Of a stretch of 39,002 bases of DNA, positions 1 to 12,152 are shown piece after piece. The notes beneath the pieces were generated by a model. The model did no database searches. It had not been told where the DNA came from and saw nothing but the letters and a program-made list of their open reading frames with translations. The position numbers and the translations under genes are program-made. The stretch is from NCBI RefSeq assembly GCF_001194135.2, contig NC_068983.1, positions 9,133,318-9,172,319 of the forward strand. The letters run 5' to 3'. The first letter of the stretch is position 1. Every line of letters begins with the position of its first letter. This DNA is from Octopus bimaculoides. Taxonomy: Eukaryota.

Positions 1-54
1 TGTGTCTGTGTGTGTGTGTATGTATGTATGTATCTTTATATACTTCATACAATG

Positions 55-126
<72 letters not shown>
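55..126. repeat. (GATA)n tetranucleotide microsatellite
   Basis: Uninterrupted gatagata run, preceded by (TG)n and (TATG)n at 1-30. Confidence 0.97.
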
Positions 127-705
127 TTCGTGACTCGTTCTTCCCCCGCGTGCAAAGGTCTCACACTCAGATCTTGCAGAATTTAGCAATTGTTAAAGCA
201 GAAAAATTCATTTTTAGATTCATACAATAGAACCGTCAGGAAGAATTAAAACAGCATTTTTACTCCAACAAATCTATAGTATTTTGTATAAAAATCCGTA
301 ATAGAAGAAGTCCTTCAAAATTTTTTTTGTTCAATTCCACATATATGATTGAAAAAAAAAAACAATAAAAAGAATGTAAACTCCCTCATGAATAGGAATA
401 AATCCAGCAATTCTTCTGGAGAAAATGTGCCAAATAACGAAAGTATATGTGGTTGTATTTGTATTTTGCTTCTCTGGAATTTTCCGTTGATGCGGAATAC
501 TGAATGTAATTGTAGTTGTCAAAAGGAAAGATAAGTTTTGATATACGCGCACAGATTTGCACACATAGACACACCTATATACATGCATATACATTTATAG
601 ATGCATCCGTATACATATACGCACACACAACATACACGCTTACACGTACACATGCATATATCCATAAAAATGGATATGAATATATGAATGAATGTAATTG
701 TGTGA

Positions 706-740
<35 letters not shown>

Positions 741-1579
741 TAAATATATGTTTATATATTCATATATACATATACATACGCACAAACACACACATTTATA
801 TATATATATATATGTATATATATANNNNNNNNNNNNNNNNNNNNNNNNNNNNNNNNNNNNNNNNNNNNNNNNNNNNNNNNNNNNNNNNNNNNNNNNNNNN
901 NNNNNNNNNNNNNNNNNNNNNNNNNNNNNNNNNNNNNNNNNNNNNNNNNNNNNNNNNNNNNNNNNNNNNNNNNNNNNNNNNNNNNNNNNNNNNNNNNNNN
1001 NNNNNNNNNNNNNNNNNNNNNNNNNNNNNNNNNNNNNNNNNNNNNNNNNNNNNNNNNNNNNNNNNNNNNNNNNNNNNNNNNNNNNNNNNNNNNNNNNNNN
1101 NNNNNNNNNNNNNNNNNNNNNNNNNNNNNNNNNNNNNNNNNNNNNNNNNNNNNNNNNNNNNNNNNNNNNNNNNNNNNNNNNNNNNNNNNNNNNNNNNNNN
1201 NNNNNTTTAGAACATTTATAAATAGAAGGATTTACAGCTGTTTCCAGGATATTCATTATATCCCTTCATCGGAGACGGTGTGAGAAAATGGTTAAGCAGT
1301 AGTTAATTTAGATAAGATACGAAATAGAGAGTGAAGTGGAGGAATGAAAATAGATGTGAAATACGCAGGGATATTGCATTTGTAGATCCATTATTTAGGC
1401 AGAATGGTTACATATAAGATTCCAATACCTTTTGAGTAAATTCCAATAGTATCTAAAATTGGTAATTCTAAATATAAAGTTTGTACACAGTGCTATTGAA
1501 TCAAGGGTTTTATTTAAAGTGACCTAAGAGTAGAGAATGTATTTGTAAGGTGAAATCTAAAACAGGAAGAGAGGAATCA

Positions 1580-1990
1580 ATCAGTGAGTACAGTATTTCT
1601 GGTGGTCTTTGGATCAACTTTCATGTCCATGGAGAGTTTTCTCATGGATGTTGTTGGGTCTTTCGAAATTTTGGCTGTGAGATATTCAAGAAATCTACTA
1701 TCCCGTTCCTTTTATCTATGTCTCATCTTGCTTGCTTGTTGTCAGTGCTTACAAAGGCCCCAACAGTCTGAGCAATACGTCTAATTGCAACCCCGACACG
1801 AAGCAACTCTACAATACGTTGTCTCGGCTTCTTAAGTGGACATGTCAGATTGTACGACTGGAACTTCTGCTTAAATTAACTCTGTATACCTCCACTCTGA
1901 AATAGAAAACAATATTTTAGCATTTACACTCAGGAATATATGAAAAATAAGGCTTCCAAAATATTCCATGTTTTGCTTCACCACTCTGTA
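1580..1990 (-). mobile_element. Tc1/mariner-superfamily transposon remnant (5' end plus HTH region, maT-like)
   Basis: Minus strand begins TA|CAGAGTGG at 1990. From an ATG at 1843, a frameshifted translation gives RQRIVELLRVGVAIRRIAQTVG and FLEYLTAKISKDPTTSMRKLSMDMKVDPKTTRNTV, resembling the two HTH motifs of Tc1/maT transposases. No catalytic domain is present. Confidence 0.65.
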
Positions 1991-2330
1991 GAATAAGACA
2001 GAAGAGACGTTGTCTTCAAACTGGAAACATGGACAAAATGCTTGCAATCGACTGGAGTCCGCTAAAGCGCAACGGAGTTGCCAGATGATGGTGTTAAGCC
2101 TGGCACCGCGTTGGGCCAGGGAGAAATCAGCGAAGTGCGTCAGGGAGGAATTTCAAACTCCGAACGCAAAGTAACGGATCAATTACCTGTCAATTTTTGG
2201 CTGACAAATGATGTCCATCAACCTATAGATTATATTAGTTTTAAATTTTGGCACAAGGTCAGAAATTTTTAATGGGTGACTAAGGCGATTATATCGACTC
2301 CAATGCACATCTTTTTCGCACCTCTCTATC

Positions 2331-2580
2331 TACTTGTGAGGGGATTTGGTAGACGGAAACTGNNNNNNNNNNNNNNNNNNNNNNNNNNNNNNNNNNNNNN
2401 NNNNNNNNNNNNNNNNNNNNNNNNNNNNNNNNNNNNNNNNNNNNNNNNNNNNNNNNNNNNNNNNNNNNNNNNNNNNNNNNNNNNNNNNNNNNNNNNNNNN
2501 NNNNNNNNNNNNNNNNNNNNNNNNNNNNNNNNNNNNNNNNNNNNNNNNNNNNNNNNNNNNNNNNNNNNNNNNNNNNNNNN

Positions 2581-2632
<52 letters not shown>

Positions 2633-2840
2633 ATGTTTGTGTTTGTGCCCCCACCATCGCTTGACAACCGATGTTGGTGTGTTTACGTCTCCATTATCTA
2701 GCGGTTCGGCAAAGGAAACCGATAGAATAAGTACCAGGCTTACAAACACTAAGTCCTGGGGTCCATTTATTCGACTAAAAAGGTGGTGCCCCAGCATTGC
2801 CTCAGTCAAATGACTGAAACATGTAAAAGAATAAAGAATA
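2331..2840 (+). mobile_element. SINE family A copy (5'-truncated; internal microsatellite falls in an N-gap)
   Basis: ttgtgagggatttggtagacggaaactg, then N-gap, (TA)(TG)n, then ccaccatcgcttgacaaccgatg...cagtcaaatgactgaaac. Matches copies at 28382 and 32009. Confidence 0.9.
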
Positions 2841-2869
2841 TATATACATGTATACATTCATACACGCAT

Positions 2870-3125
2870 AAGGTAGTGAGTTCCCTTGCCCGACCGTGCT
2901 GTGTGCTGTGTTCTTGAGCAAGACACTTTATTTCATGTTACCTCAGATACCAAGCTGTCTCGGCCTTTGTCTTTATCTTGGATAACGTCATTGGCATGGA
3001 GAGTGGAGGCTGGTATGCATGGGCGACTGCTAGTCTTTCATAAACAACTTTTCCCCAACTTGTGCCTCAGAGGGGAACTTTCTAGGTGCAATCCCATGGT
3101 CATTCATGACAGACGTGGGTCTTTA
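2870..3125 (+). mobile_element. SINE family B copy (degenerate head, internal deletion)
   Basis: Shares gtgttcttgagcaagacact, cggcctttg..., gtgcctc.gagg.gaact.tctaggtgcaatcccatggtcatt with 13547-13870. Confidence 0.85.
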
Positions 3126-3160
3126 TCTATACATACATACATACATGCATNNNNNNNNNN

Positions 3161-3213
<53 letters not shown>

Positions 3214-5044
3214 TTCGTGCTGTCTGCTCACTTTTATTAAGAGATTACCAAATTTGTCATTCATTAAATAACGGTCACCATACAATACTCTTATCAGTGT
3301 CAATTTTAATTTGTATTATGTAACACACAGATTAAAAATTGTGAAGAGCATTTCTAAATGCTTCAACAATACGCCAATTATATCGTTGACTTATTCTTAA
3401 AATATTATAATTCCCAATATTATAATACAAATGCAATTTATTTTCCTGGAAGTGCTAATTTGCGACATTAATGTATCTAGAAATAATTTTCGATCGGTAT
3501 ACACTTATAAAATGTGATTAGTTGTATATTACAGTTAGAAAGACTTGACAAAAACACGATCGATGTTGTCCACCAATCGGTACTCATACAGAAAACAAAA
3601 ACGGAATTCTCTGAGACGCAGTAACGCACATAAACATTACATGACCGTTGTTAACGCTTGAATATTAGTGTAACCGCTATTTAGTCCACTGAGTATACGT
3701 ATATACTTGTATGAAAGAAGTGTGAAAGCGCTCAAGAGAAGAATAAATGGAATCTCTGTAAATAGAGTCGAATTAAATGGACGGAAAGGAATTCCCTGTG
3801 TTGTAAACATATCATGTATGTTAAGTGATAGATCAGCAGGGTCAGAGTTTACAAGATTAATGTCCGTCAAGTTTTAGGTCGGCAATTAATTAACTGTCTC
3901 TCATTAGAGAATGAAATGTCTATCATGAGTGCCAAGAGAGAAATAATGAACACAAATACAAACAATATGAAAGTATTTTGAATCCTGTAGGTTGACTAAC
4001 ACATACAAACACTCAGACACAGATACACAAACAACCCTAAATAGACAGGCATACACACACACGTACACAGACATAGAGAGAGGAAAAAAGATAAAGAATC
4101 TATGTACATACGTAGATTATTATTATATACACACATATGTATGATATATATATATGTATATATATATATGTACACNNNNNNNNNNNNNNNNNNNNNNNNN
4201 NNNNNNNNNNNNNNNNNNNNNNNNNNNNNNNNNNNNNNNNNNNNNNNNNNNNNNNNNNNNNNNNNNNNNNNNNNNNNNNNNNNNNNNNNNNNNNNNNNNN
4301 NNNNNNNNNNNNNNNNNNNNNNNNNNNNNNNNNNNNNNNNNNNNNNNNNNNNNNNNNNNNNNNNNNNNNNNNNNNNNNNNNNNNNNNNNNNNNNNNNNNN
4401 NNNNNNNNNNNNNNNNNNNNNNNNNNNNNNNNNNNNNNNNNNNNNNNNNNNNNNNNNNNNNNNNNNNNNNNNNNNNNNNNNNNNNNNNNNNNNNNNNNNN
4501 NNNNNNNNNNNNNNNNNNNNNNNNNNNNNNNNNNNNNNNNNNNNNNNNNNNNNNNNNNNNNNNNNNNNNNNNNNNNNNNNNNNNNNNNNNNNNNNNNNNN
4601 NNNNNNNNNNNNNNNNNNNNNNNNNNNNNNNNNNNNNNNNNNNNNNNNNNNNNNNNNNNNNNNNNNNNNNNNNNNNNNNNNNNNNNNNNNNNNNNNNNNN
4701 NNNNNNNNNNNNNNNNNNNNNNNNNNNNNNNNNNNNNNNNNNNNNNNNNNNNNNNNNNNNNNNNNNNNNNNNNNNNNNNNNNNNNNNNNNNNNNNNNNNN
4801 NNNNNNNNNNNNNNNNNNNNNNNNNNNNNNNNNNNNNNNNNNNNNNNNNNNNNNNNNNNNNNNNNNNNNNNNNNNNNNNNNNNNNNNNNNNNNNNNNNNN
4901 NNNNNNNNNNNNNNNNNNNNNNNNNNNNNNNNNNNNNNNNNNNNNNNNNNNNNNNNNNNNNNNNNNNNNNNNNNNNNNNNNNNNNNNNNNNNNNNNNNNN
5001 NNNNNNNNNNNNNNNNNNNNNNNNNNNNNNNNNNNNNNNNNNNN

Positions 5045-5081
<37 letters not shown>

Positions 5082-5712
5082 GAGAAAGAGAGAGAGAGAC
5101 CTATACACATAAATATGTGAGGTGGGTGTGTATGTTTCTTTATGTTCTTAAACTACCATTTCCTCGTCTTCTGATATCGCTTCTGAAATTGTCCGCTGAT
5201 CAGTCAGATGTTCCTTGTTACAAGGAGTTTCAAAATCAATTTATACTTCAAAAAAATAATTAATTAATGTTGCATCTTTAAATATCATTCGGCATCAGTA
5301 TTCTAGCTTCCGTTCCTGTCTGATGCCAATGCAGCTCAATTCAATATAGCTGGTAGTGCTCTTCAGGAAATTATTTGATTCAGACAATCTCATTTCCGTC
5401 CTGTAAATTTGTTACAAAATGACCCACTTGATTATAAATTATAAATTACTACTTGCCAGCGAGGTGATCCACTTGCCTGGCAAGATCGGAGCCAAATTTT
5501 CTTAAAAGCATACCTTCTCGTATAAAACAGATGATATCAATGTTGAAAGCGTGAAAACTACGGTATTCGTGTCTAGAAAGCTAGAAAGCTTCTCTTGTAT
5601 TCGTAGGGTTTTAGAAAATGCATACATAGATACACACACACACACNNNNNNNNNNAATAATATAGCATGAACAGGATAAACTATCCATATTTTGCAGGAA
5701 AATCTGTCGGCC

Positions 5713-5786
5713 GCCAGCCATGAGACTCAAACTCACACCCCTGTGTGTACGCGTCGTGGTCCTTTACCTTTAAGCTAAACGGACCC
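5713..5786 (-). pseudogene. tRNA-like sequence (SINE head or tRNA pseudogene)
   Basis: Minus strand has A-box-like TAGCTTAAAGGTAAAG and a T-arm GTGAG-TTTGAGT-CTCAT. Acceptor and anticodon stems pair poorly. Confidence 0.5.
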
Positions 5787-5789
5787 AAC

Positions 5790-7847
5790 AACAAATTCTT
5801 CTGGTTATTTGGTAATAGGTTTCTAGCTGTATAAAGCCTCTAGCACCATCGATGCGTCGTATATATAACCTTTCTATGTCAGATTTCGGCGGGTGCATCC
5901 TAAATCCTGTCATTACTTATCTATGCAAAATCCCATGCCTATGCCTTTGCTGAACGTCTTATATCTGTATTAAGGAATGTATCTCTGTTTCATGCTTACT
6001 AAAAGGCTTCAGATCATCCATGTAGAGCAAATGGTTAATTTTTCTCCTTATTATTTCCGAATTAATTCCCTAATACTAAACTGAGTGGGGTGAAACATAG
6101 AACAAGTATTAAAGGGGACAACGAATACCCCCAGAAAATTCCTCTTTCATGTTAACTTCCCTAAGAGTGTGTCACCTGAATAGAGATCTACGTTCCATTT
6201 CTCCATGATACAACTAATTAATTCTCTTATGTTGTCTGCTTTACTAAATATACTCAAAGATTCACTTTTCTATGTGTGTGGGATCATGTCATAGGCTTTC
6301 CTATATTATATCTATGCTATTGTTAGGCGTTTGCTTTCCAGTTTTACTTCATTGAGAACTGCTTTGTCTATATATAATAGATGATGCGTATCTCCAGCCT
6401 TCTTCCTGCAACCATTTTGTTCTTCTGGTAGTAAATACTGGTTGTCAAGGCGCGTGTAAATGCTTTCTAAAAGCATTCCTGTTAACAGCTCCCACACTAA
6501 TGGTAAGCAAGTGATTGCTCTATTCCCCTTTCTATTATCTTTTGTAATGAGTATTGTCTTCCCTCTAGTCATCCAATCTGGTAGTATTCCACCATTAAAA
6601 CAATCCTAAAGTTGGTCCCTCGTCTTCCCATGTAAATTACTGAATTAATCTAACCAGTACCCTTGAACTAAATCTGGTCTTGCGCCCTTCCAATTCGCAA
6701 TTTTTCCTTACACTTTACTCATTAATGCACTAGTTAATCTTAGATCTGGCTGCTTCTCACTCATTACTTTTTCCCTCACTTTCTTTAACCATACTACATC
6801 TCCATTATGATTGACTGGCTTGTCTCTCCAGAACTTTCTAGCTCCATCTGTATTGGGTTTCTCATCTTCAGTACTTTGTTCTCCACTATTTATTTGGTTA
6901 TAAAATCTCCTCTGGTCTGTCTCAAATAATCTATTCTGTTGATACTGATCTGTTCTTTTCTGATATCTGGAGAGCTTGCCTACTACTGCTATGATACACT
7001 GTTTTAACTATTCTATTATTGTCCCAAATAATTTCTCTTTGACTGAATATCTTTCAACGAGGCAAGATTTGCATCTTGTTCTTCCTGACTTGTTTCTTTT
7101 CCAAGCTTCTATTCTAATGTACTCAGACCTTGTCTTAAAGTCTTCACTTTATTTTGTAGTCTCCTTTTCCTGTGAGATATCTAATCTTCTGGTGACTGCC
7201 ACCACTCCTGCGTAGATCAATAAGGTAGTGTCTACTATATTTTTCGTATCTATCCTACTGATAACAGAATCTACTTTACTAGTCATTTCTAGCAGCTCCC
7301 GTCTGTTGGTACCTATCAATGCTGGCAATCTTTTTTCTAACTTCTGTACTCATTATTTCCTGCAACACATCTAAAATCTTCTGACCTTCCTCACTTAAAT
7401 CACTTAAGTCGATGGTGATAGTTGACCCTTCTTTATTGGTAGCGCTTTTGTTATTTTTTCTTTAGGTTCTTCTTTGGTTTCAGCTGTATTTCTTATGTTG
7501 TTGTTTGTCTTTCCCACTACCTGTTCTTTTTCAGTTTTCTTCGTATCTCTTCTACCTCCAATTCTGTCATCCACTTTCTTCTAATAGCATTAGCTTGATC
7601 AACTATAGAAAACATAGAAAACATCCGTTTTCTATAGCCTCTTCCTTTAGGTTCACTTTCTAAGTATCACTGCATCCTGTTTTCTTCGCTGGCCCCCCTT
7701 CCTCCCCCTTGCTCTATTATCTGCTGATGCTGTATTAGGATAAGAGCTGTGGTCAGTTTGCATCTTTACTGAACCACGACCGAGCGAAAGGCAGGCTGTG
7801 TTCTTCTGTCGGCATCGGATGTCAATGACACATGTTGTTGGTGTTGT

Positions 7848-7849
<2 letters not shown>
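5790..7849 (-). mobile_element. R4/Dong-clade (RLE-type) non-LTR retrotransposon; 5' end apparently retained, 3'-truncated, decayed
   Basis: Ordered minus-strand motifs: YLESEPKGRGYRKRM (~7622-7670), DQANAIRRKW, QNRLFETDQRRFY (~6901-6945), NWKGARPDLVQGYW, RAITCLPLVWELLTG...LPEEQNGCRKK (ORF 6312-6572), YRKAYDMIPH, RGIF.GYSLSPL, NHLLYMDDLK (YMDD at 6013-6024), GMGFCIDK, then MHPPKSDIERLYIRRIDGARGFIQLE (~5820-5900). Many stops and frameshifts. Confidence 0.93.

Positions 7850-7899
<50 letters not shown>
7850..7899. repeat. (ATT)n/(TAA)n trinucleotide microsatellite
   Basis: About 16 perfect units directly abutting the 5' end of the R4/Dong-like element. Confidence 0.97.
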
Positions 7900-7901
<2 letters not shown>

Positions 7902-8249
7902 GTTTGAGTTTCGCTTTGAATTTGTACAAGTAGACTCCAAGTCTCAACCAGAGACTTCAAGCGACAGCAAATTAGAAGTTCAGTTTGATGTAATGACTAG
8001 GGCGCCATATATTTGGTTTTGCACAAAGTATTATTTTAGAGAATGTTTAAGAAAACATTAAAACGATTATGAGTTTGTTTTAAAATTTCAAATTACAAAG
8101 ACAGTATATCTTAGCGTTAGTGATTTTGGTTGGAAGAGAGCGTTGCGTGCTGTGAGTGGAATTGTTCGAGAATTGTTGAAAATTGTTAAAGAATATTGTT
8201 ATTATTTATTGTTTAACCGTTTTTAGAAACTTATTGTACTACCCATTGT

Positions 8250-8535
8250 TGGTATGGAAACAGCCAGCCACGCTGCGGTAGCAGGCAAAATCAGAGACAG
8301 AAGGGTTTATCATAGCAGCCCAATATCAATGCCTACCTAAAAGGAGTTACCAGGCCAACATATAACGGCAGTAGACCAACATCTCTTGCATGTAAACAAC
8401 AAAAGGAATCCATCGATTATGTTGTCTCCATGTGCAGTCTTCTTGCGCCTACAGAGTATCTCAACGGTCATGATAGAGCAGCACGGTATACTCACTGGGT
8501 AATTTGCAGAAACGTGGACGTGCCCCACGATAAAA
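8250..8535 (+). mobile_element. R4/Dong-clade LINE C-terminal fragment (zinc-knuckle region)
   Basis: KSETEGFIIAAQYQCLPKRSYQANI and, after a frameshift, ESIDYVVSMCSLLAPTEYLNGHDRAARYTHWVICRN. This is the post-RT CCHC region of R4-clade ORFs. Confidence 0.88.
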
Positions 8536-8544
8536 GTAAAAATT

Positions 8545-9065
8545 TAACACTGTTGTGAAGTTTTGTTAACAGTTGATGACTCTGGGAAGGTATTCAACCC
8601 GAAGTTAGGAATATTATCCTTTCCTAGAGACTTCCATTTACTTGACTTCTTGAGAGATCTTACATCCTCTACCTTTTGCTCATCTAAGGAGTATACGTCA
8701 GTAGATATTCTATCAATCCCATGGATCTTTTTATTGCTTTTCTTCTGCCTAAATTTTATTCCAAAATTCTTGCACTTCTTTTGATGGGACAGACTATTTT
8801 GTAACTGGTATTTCACTTATCTTTCTGTGAAAAAGTTTTGGGTTACTTTTTAACATGTTGTGCTTGAAGAATCTAATGCTCTTTTCATACCGCGTTATGC
8901 GGGCAGCTTTAGCACATAGCTTTTGCTTGATAGTTTCTATGGTGATATCGATGTAAAGAAGGGTTTTCATATTAAAACTTTTCTTTAATTTTCAAAACTT
9001 TGTTAGTTTGGTATTCTTGTCTAACTTAAGGCGTTTTAAACATTCTATGTCAGACTTATGTAGCT
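8545..9065 (-). mobile_element. R4/Dong-clade LINE pre-RT fragment
   Basis: IETIKQKLCAKAARITRYEKSIRFFKHNMLKSNPKLFHR and KWKSLGKDNIPNFGLNTFPE (ORF 8544-8816), equivalent to the NWKxPGxD region before RT. Confidence 0.85.
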
Positions 9066-9864
9066 GAATTTGGTTACGTTATTATTTTCATTATTATACA
9101 TCATTATTATTAATAATATTTTTTTTGACGAGAAAGGCATGCTGAATTTCAGTTCTCTAATAATTTTTCTAATGTGTTACTGTTATTTTCATGAAATGGG
9201 ATGTGTTTTTGTCAAACACGTTTTGACAGAATAATGAAACCACTTCCCGTTTGTGAATTGTAGCGTTTTCCTCAATACCCGTTCTACCGGAGAATCAACT
9301 GTTTGCATATTTGTCAGTTTCCTTGATAAAACAAAAGAAAAGAAAACACGCATTTCTATAAAGAAATAATGACATTCACAGCAGATGAAAAAGACACACA
9401 TGAAGTGGATGAGTGTTTAGTAGAAACAAAGAGGGAGACAACGAAGAGATGAATATGTGAAGCATATGCTTTACTGTCAACGAAGATTTTGTAGCCATGA
9501 CAACGTCTGATGACGAAAGAGAGGAGAACAATTGTCGTCTGCTTTGAATCAGCTTGATTATACTGAAAAAGAATTCGCTTACCACGATGTTGGCAACTAC
9601 TTCAATAATAATTGCTTCTGTTTTTTTTGGTACCCGTCCAATACTTTTAAGGGAAATGTTTAGTTGATTACATCGATTGCACTACTAGACAGGTCCTTTA
9701 GAAGGCCGGAGTTTGACCCTCATAGAAAGGTTCTAGTTTTCAAATTTATTCTGCAGCAGAATAATACGAGTATATCGGGATTTCCAAGTGTTAGCGGTAC
9801 TTGAGTGTTTGGCCCATATCTTGAACTCATTCGAGTTCAAAGCGTGAGCAAATATGGGTAATAT

Positions 9865-10060
9865 TGGTTTCATATTTTGGCACAAGACCAGGAAGTTCGA
9901 GAGAAGGATTATGTCGATTACATCAACCCCAGTGTTCATCTGGTACATATTTTATCGAATCTGACATTATGAAGAGCAAAGTCGACCCCGACGGAATCTG
10001 AGCTCAGCACGAAAAGGCGAACGAAATAATGCTAAGCATTTTGCCCTGTGTACTAACCTC
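9865..10060 (-). mobile_element. SINE family C copy
   Basis: gtcgattacatcaaccccagtg...gcaaagtcgaccccgacggaatctgagctcag...gctaagcatttt. Related copies at ~2235-2310, 13365-13450, 14290-14630, 15515-15650 and 29440-29540. Confidence 0.8.
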
Positions 10061-10377
10061 TCGGTAATATTGGAAGGAAAACTCTAAAATACTACAGATA
10101 TTTTAAAAGAGACCATCTGTGTGCAGTAAAAGAGCAGATCACGCGACCATCTTTGCTGCCAAAACTCAGACCTCTACAACGATCACAAGGGAAAGAACAC
10201 AATCAGTAACAGATAAAAACAACAAAGGCTTCTTCTGCACGCAGAGGCAGACAGGTTAAGGGAAAACCTTTCCGTTAACAGCAAATGTTACCCACAAAAC
10301 CAAAGGAAGGACACCTTTAACACTCAAAATGACTTCAGATTTAGCAGTGGGTAAACGCCATAAATCTGTCTAACTGA

Positions 10378-10455
10378 GAGAAAGACAGACAGAGAACATC
10401 TGGCTTTAGCCACAACATGGAAGTTAAAGCAAGATGTTCTCTATCTGTCTCTTTT
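10378..10455. other. Compact hairpin (~30-bp stem, 16-nt loop)
   Basis: agacagacagagaacatctggcttta (10383-10408) pairs with taaagcaagatgttctctatctgtct (10425-10450) with 2 mismatches. Pairing extends a few bp further. Confidence 0.85.
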
Positions 10456-10687
10456 ACTTCCTAGAGAGTTTAGGTATTATTATACTAATGTGTCCATCTA
10501 TTCTAATTTAATTAAATTTTATGTCTTTGTGCGTCTGAGGATTGCCCTGCATTTTTAAATTGATGTAATGATTACATTGTTCAATTAAATGGAGTTGCTT
10601 GAAACTATCGTACTGCATTACTTCTGGATATCTTTGTTGCTTATTTTATTTTACATATATTTAGAGATAGATATCAACACAAACGCA

Positions 10688-10731
<44 letters not shown>

Positions 10732-10762
10732 AACACACAGATACATACATATATATATATTA

Positions 10763-11050
10763 TCTTTTATCTTTTGCTTCCGTCATTAGACTGCGGCCAT
10801 ACTGGGGCACGGCCATGAAGAACATTTAGACAAATGAATCGTTTCCAATATTTAAATTTGTAAGGCTAGTATTTATTCTATCGTTATCTTTTTGCTGGAC
10901 CACTAGTTTACAGGCGCGTAAGCAAACCAACATCGGTTGTCAAACGATGATGGGAGAGAAACAAGGATAGAAAGACGCACACACGCACACACATATACGA
11001 CGAATTACGTGGTTGGGAGAAAGCTTCTTGCTATACATCCGCCCCTGGGC
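10763..11050 (-). mobile_element. SINE family A copy with internal deletion
   Basis: Reverse complement of the family A 3' body (cagtcattagactgcggccat..., ccaacatcggttgtcaa), joined almost directly to a head remnant gtggttgggagaaagcttcttgc. Confidence 0.75.
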
Positions 11051-11071
11051 TCATTTCTATATGAACATACG

Positions 11072-11107
<36 letters not shown>

Positions 11108-11117
11108 NNNNNNNNNN

Positions 11118-11350
11118 TGTCAAGCGATGTTGGCGGGACAAACACAGACATACAAACACGCACTCACATACACATATATATATATACATATATACGACGG
11201 GCTTCTTTCAGTTTCCGTCTACCAAATCCACTCACAAGGCTTTGGTCGGCCCGAGGCTATAGTAGAAGGCACTTGCCCAAGATGCCACGCAGTGGGACTG
11301 AACCCGGGACCATGTGGCTGGTAAGCAAGCTACTTACCACACAGCCACTC
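11118..11350 (-). mobile_element. SINE family A copy (head and middle)
   Basis: Minus strand GAGTGGCTGTGTGGTAAG (A box) and GGTTCAGTCCC (B box), then family body and internal microsatellite. Confidence 0.92.
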
Positions 11351-12152
11351 GGAGAAGATAATCAATTGGCGAACATAAGCTTCCAGACATGAGCTAGATA
11401 TATTCATTAATTACAATCATATGAATAAATGTTGGAAAACATGGAAAGTAATTGTCATAAACTAATAGCTCTTCGTATATTTTAATGTTTTTCACGGTTA
11501 CCCCCTTTAGCTATATTTCATAAAAATAAGAAGTTTTTCATTTAGATAATTATTTTTTCCAATTAGAAATGTATCTTAGATGTATTCATATCAGAATAAC
11601 AGATTCCCAACCGGAAGTATTTATTCATTATCGCCCTTCGTATTTAAGGCCGCTTAGACAATTCATTCTTTCAAGAATTTCTTAAATTTGTTCTGTTTTG
11701 TATTACATTCATAGCTTTAACGGACCCAAACAACGTTATTGCTTTTAAATATTAGCTGACCAATGCAGTTGCTGGATTTACATTGGCCTTACCCTACTCA
11801 TCATACGGGTATTATGATAAATGTTTTTGTTAATAAAGAATAACATCACACTTAATTTATACCCAAATTATTTCTTCTTTGACGTAAATACGTCTTGATT
11901 TCTCCATGTTTACATTAACTAAATTTTATTGCTATTATATTGCATAATTTTTAGTTTCTAACTAATGACTCCCGTTATATGGATCATCCCATTAACCCCA
12001 ACATATAACGTTTTATCTCTACTATATCCCCCATTAGATTGAAAAAGATGTGATCTCACAACCTCTGGAATTTAATTTTTTAACGATTTTTAAAATATTT
12101 ATTATTATTATTTTAGTTTACTTTTTTACTTGTTTAATTCTTACCATTATGA

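Noticed and set aside
3637-3870. Minus-strand 77-aa ORF with a hydrophobic stretch
   Set aside because: TTG start, no splice context or family motif, and the length is expected by chance.
9491-9535. X-box-like GTAGCCATGACAAC followed by CTGATGACGAAA (hammerhead-like core)
   Set aside because: There is no helix II between CUGAUGA and GAAA and no helix III or cleavage triplet. A lone 14-bp X-box match is not enough.
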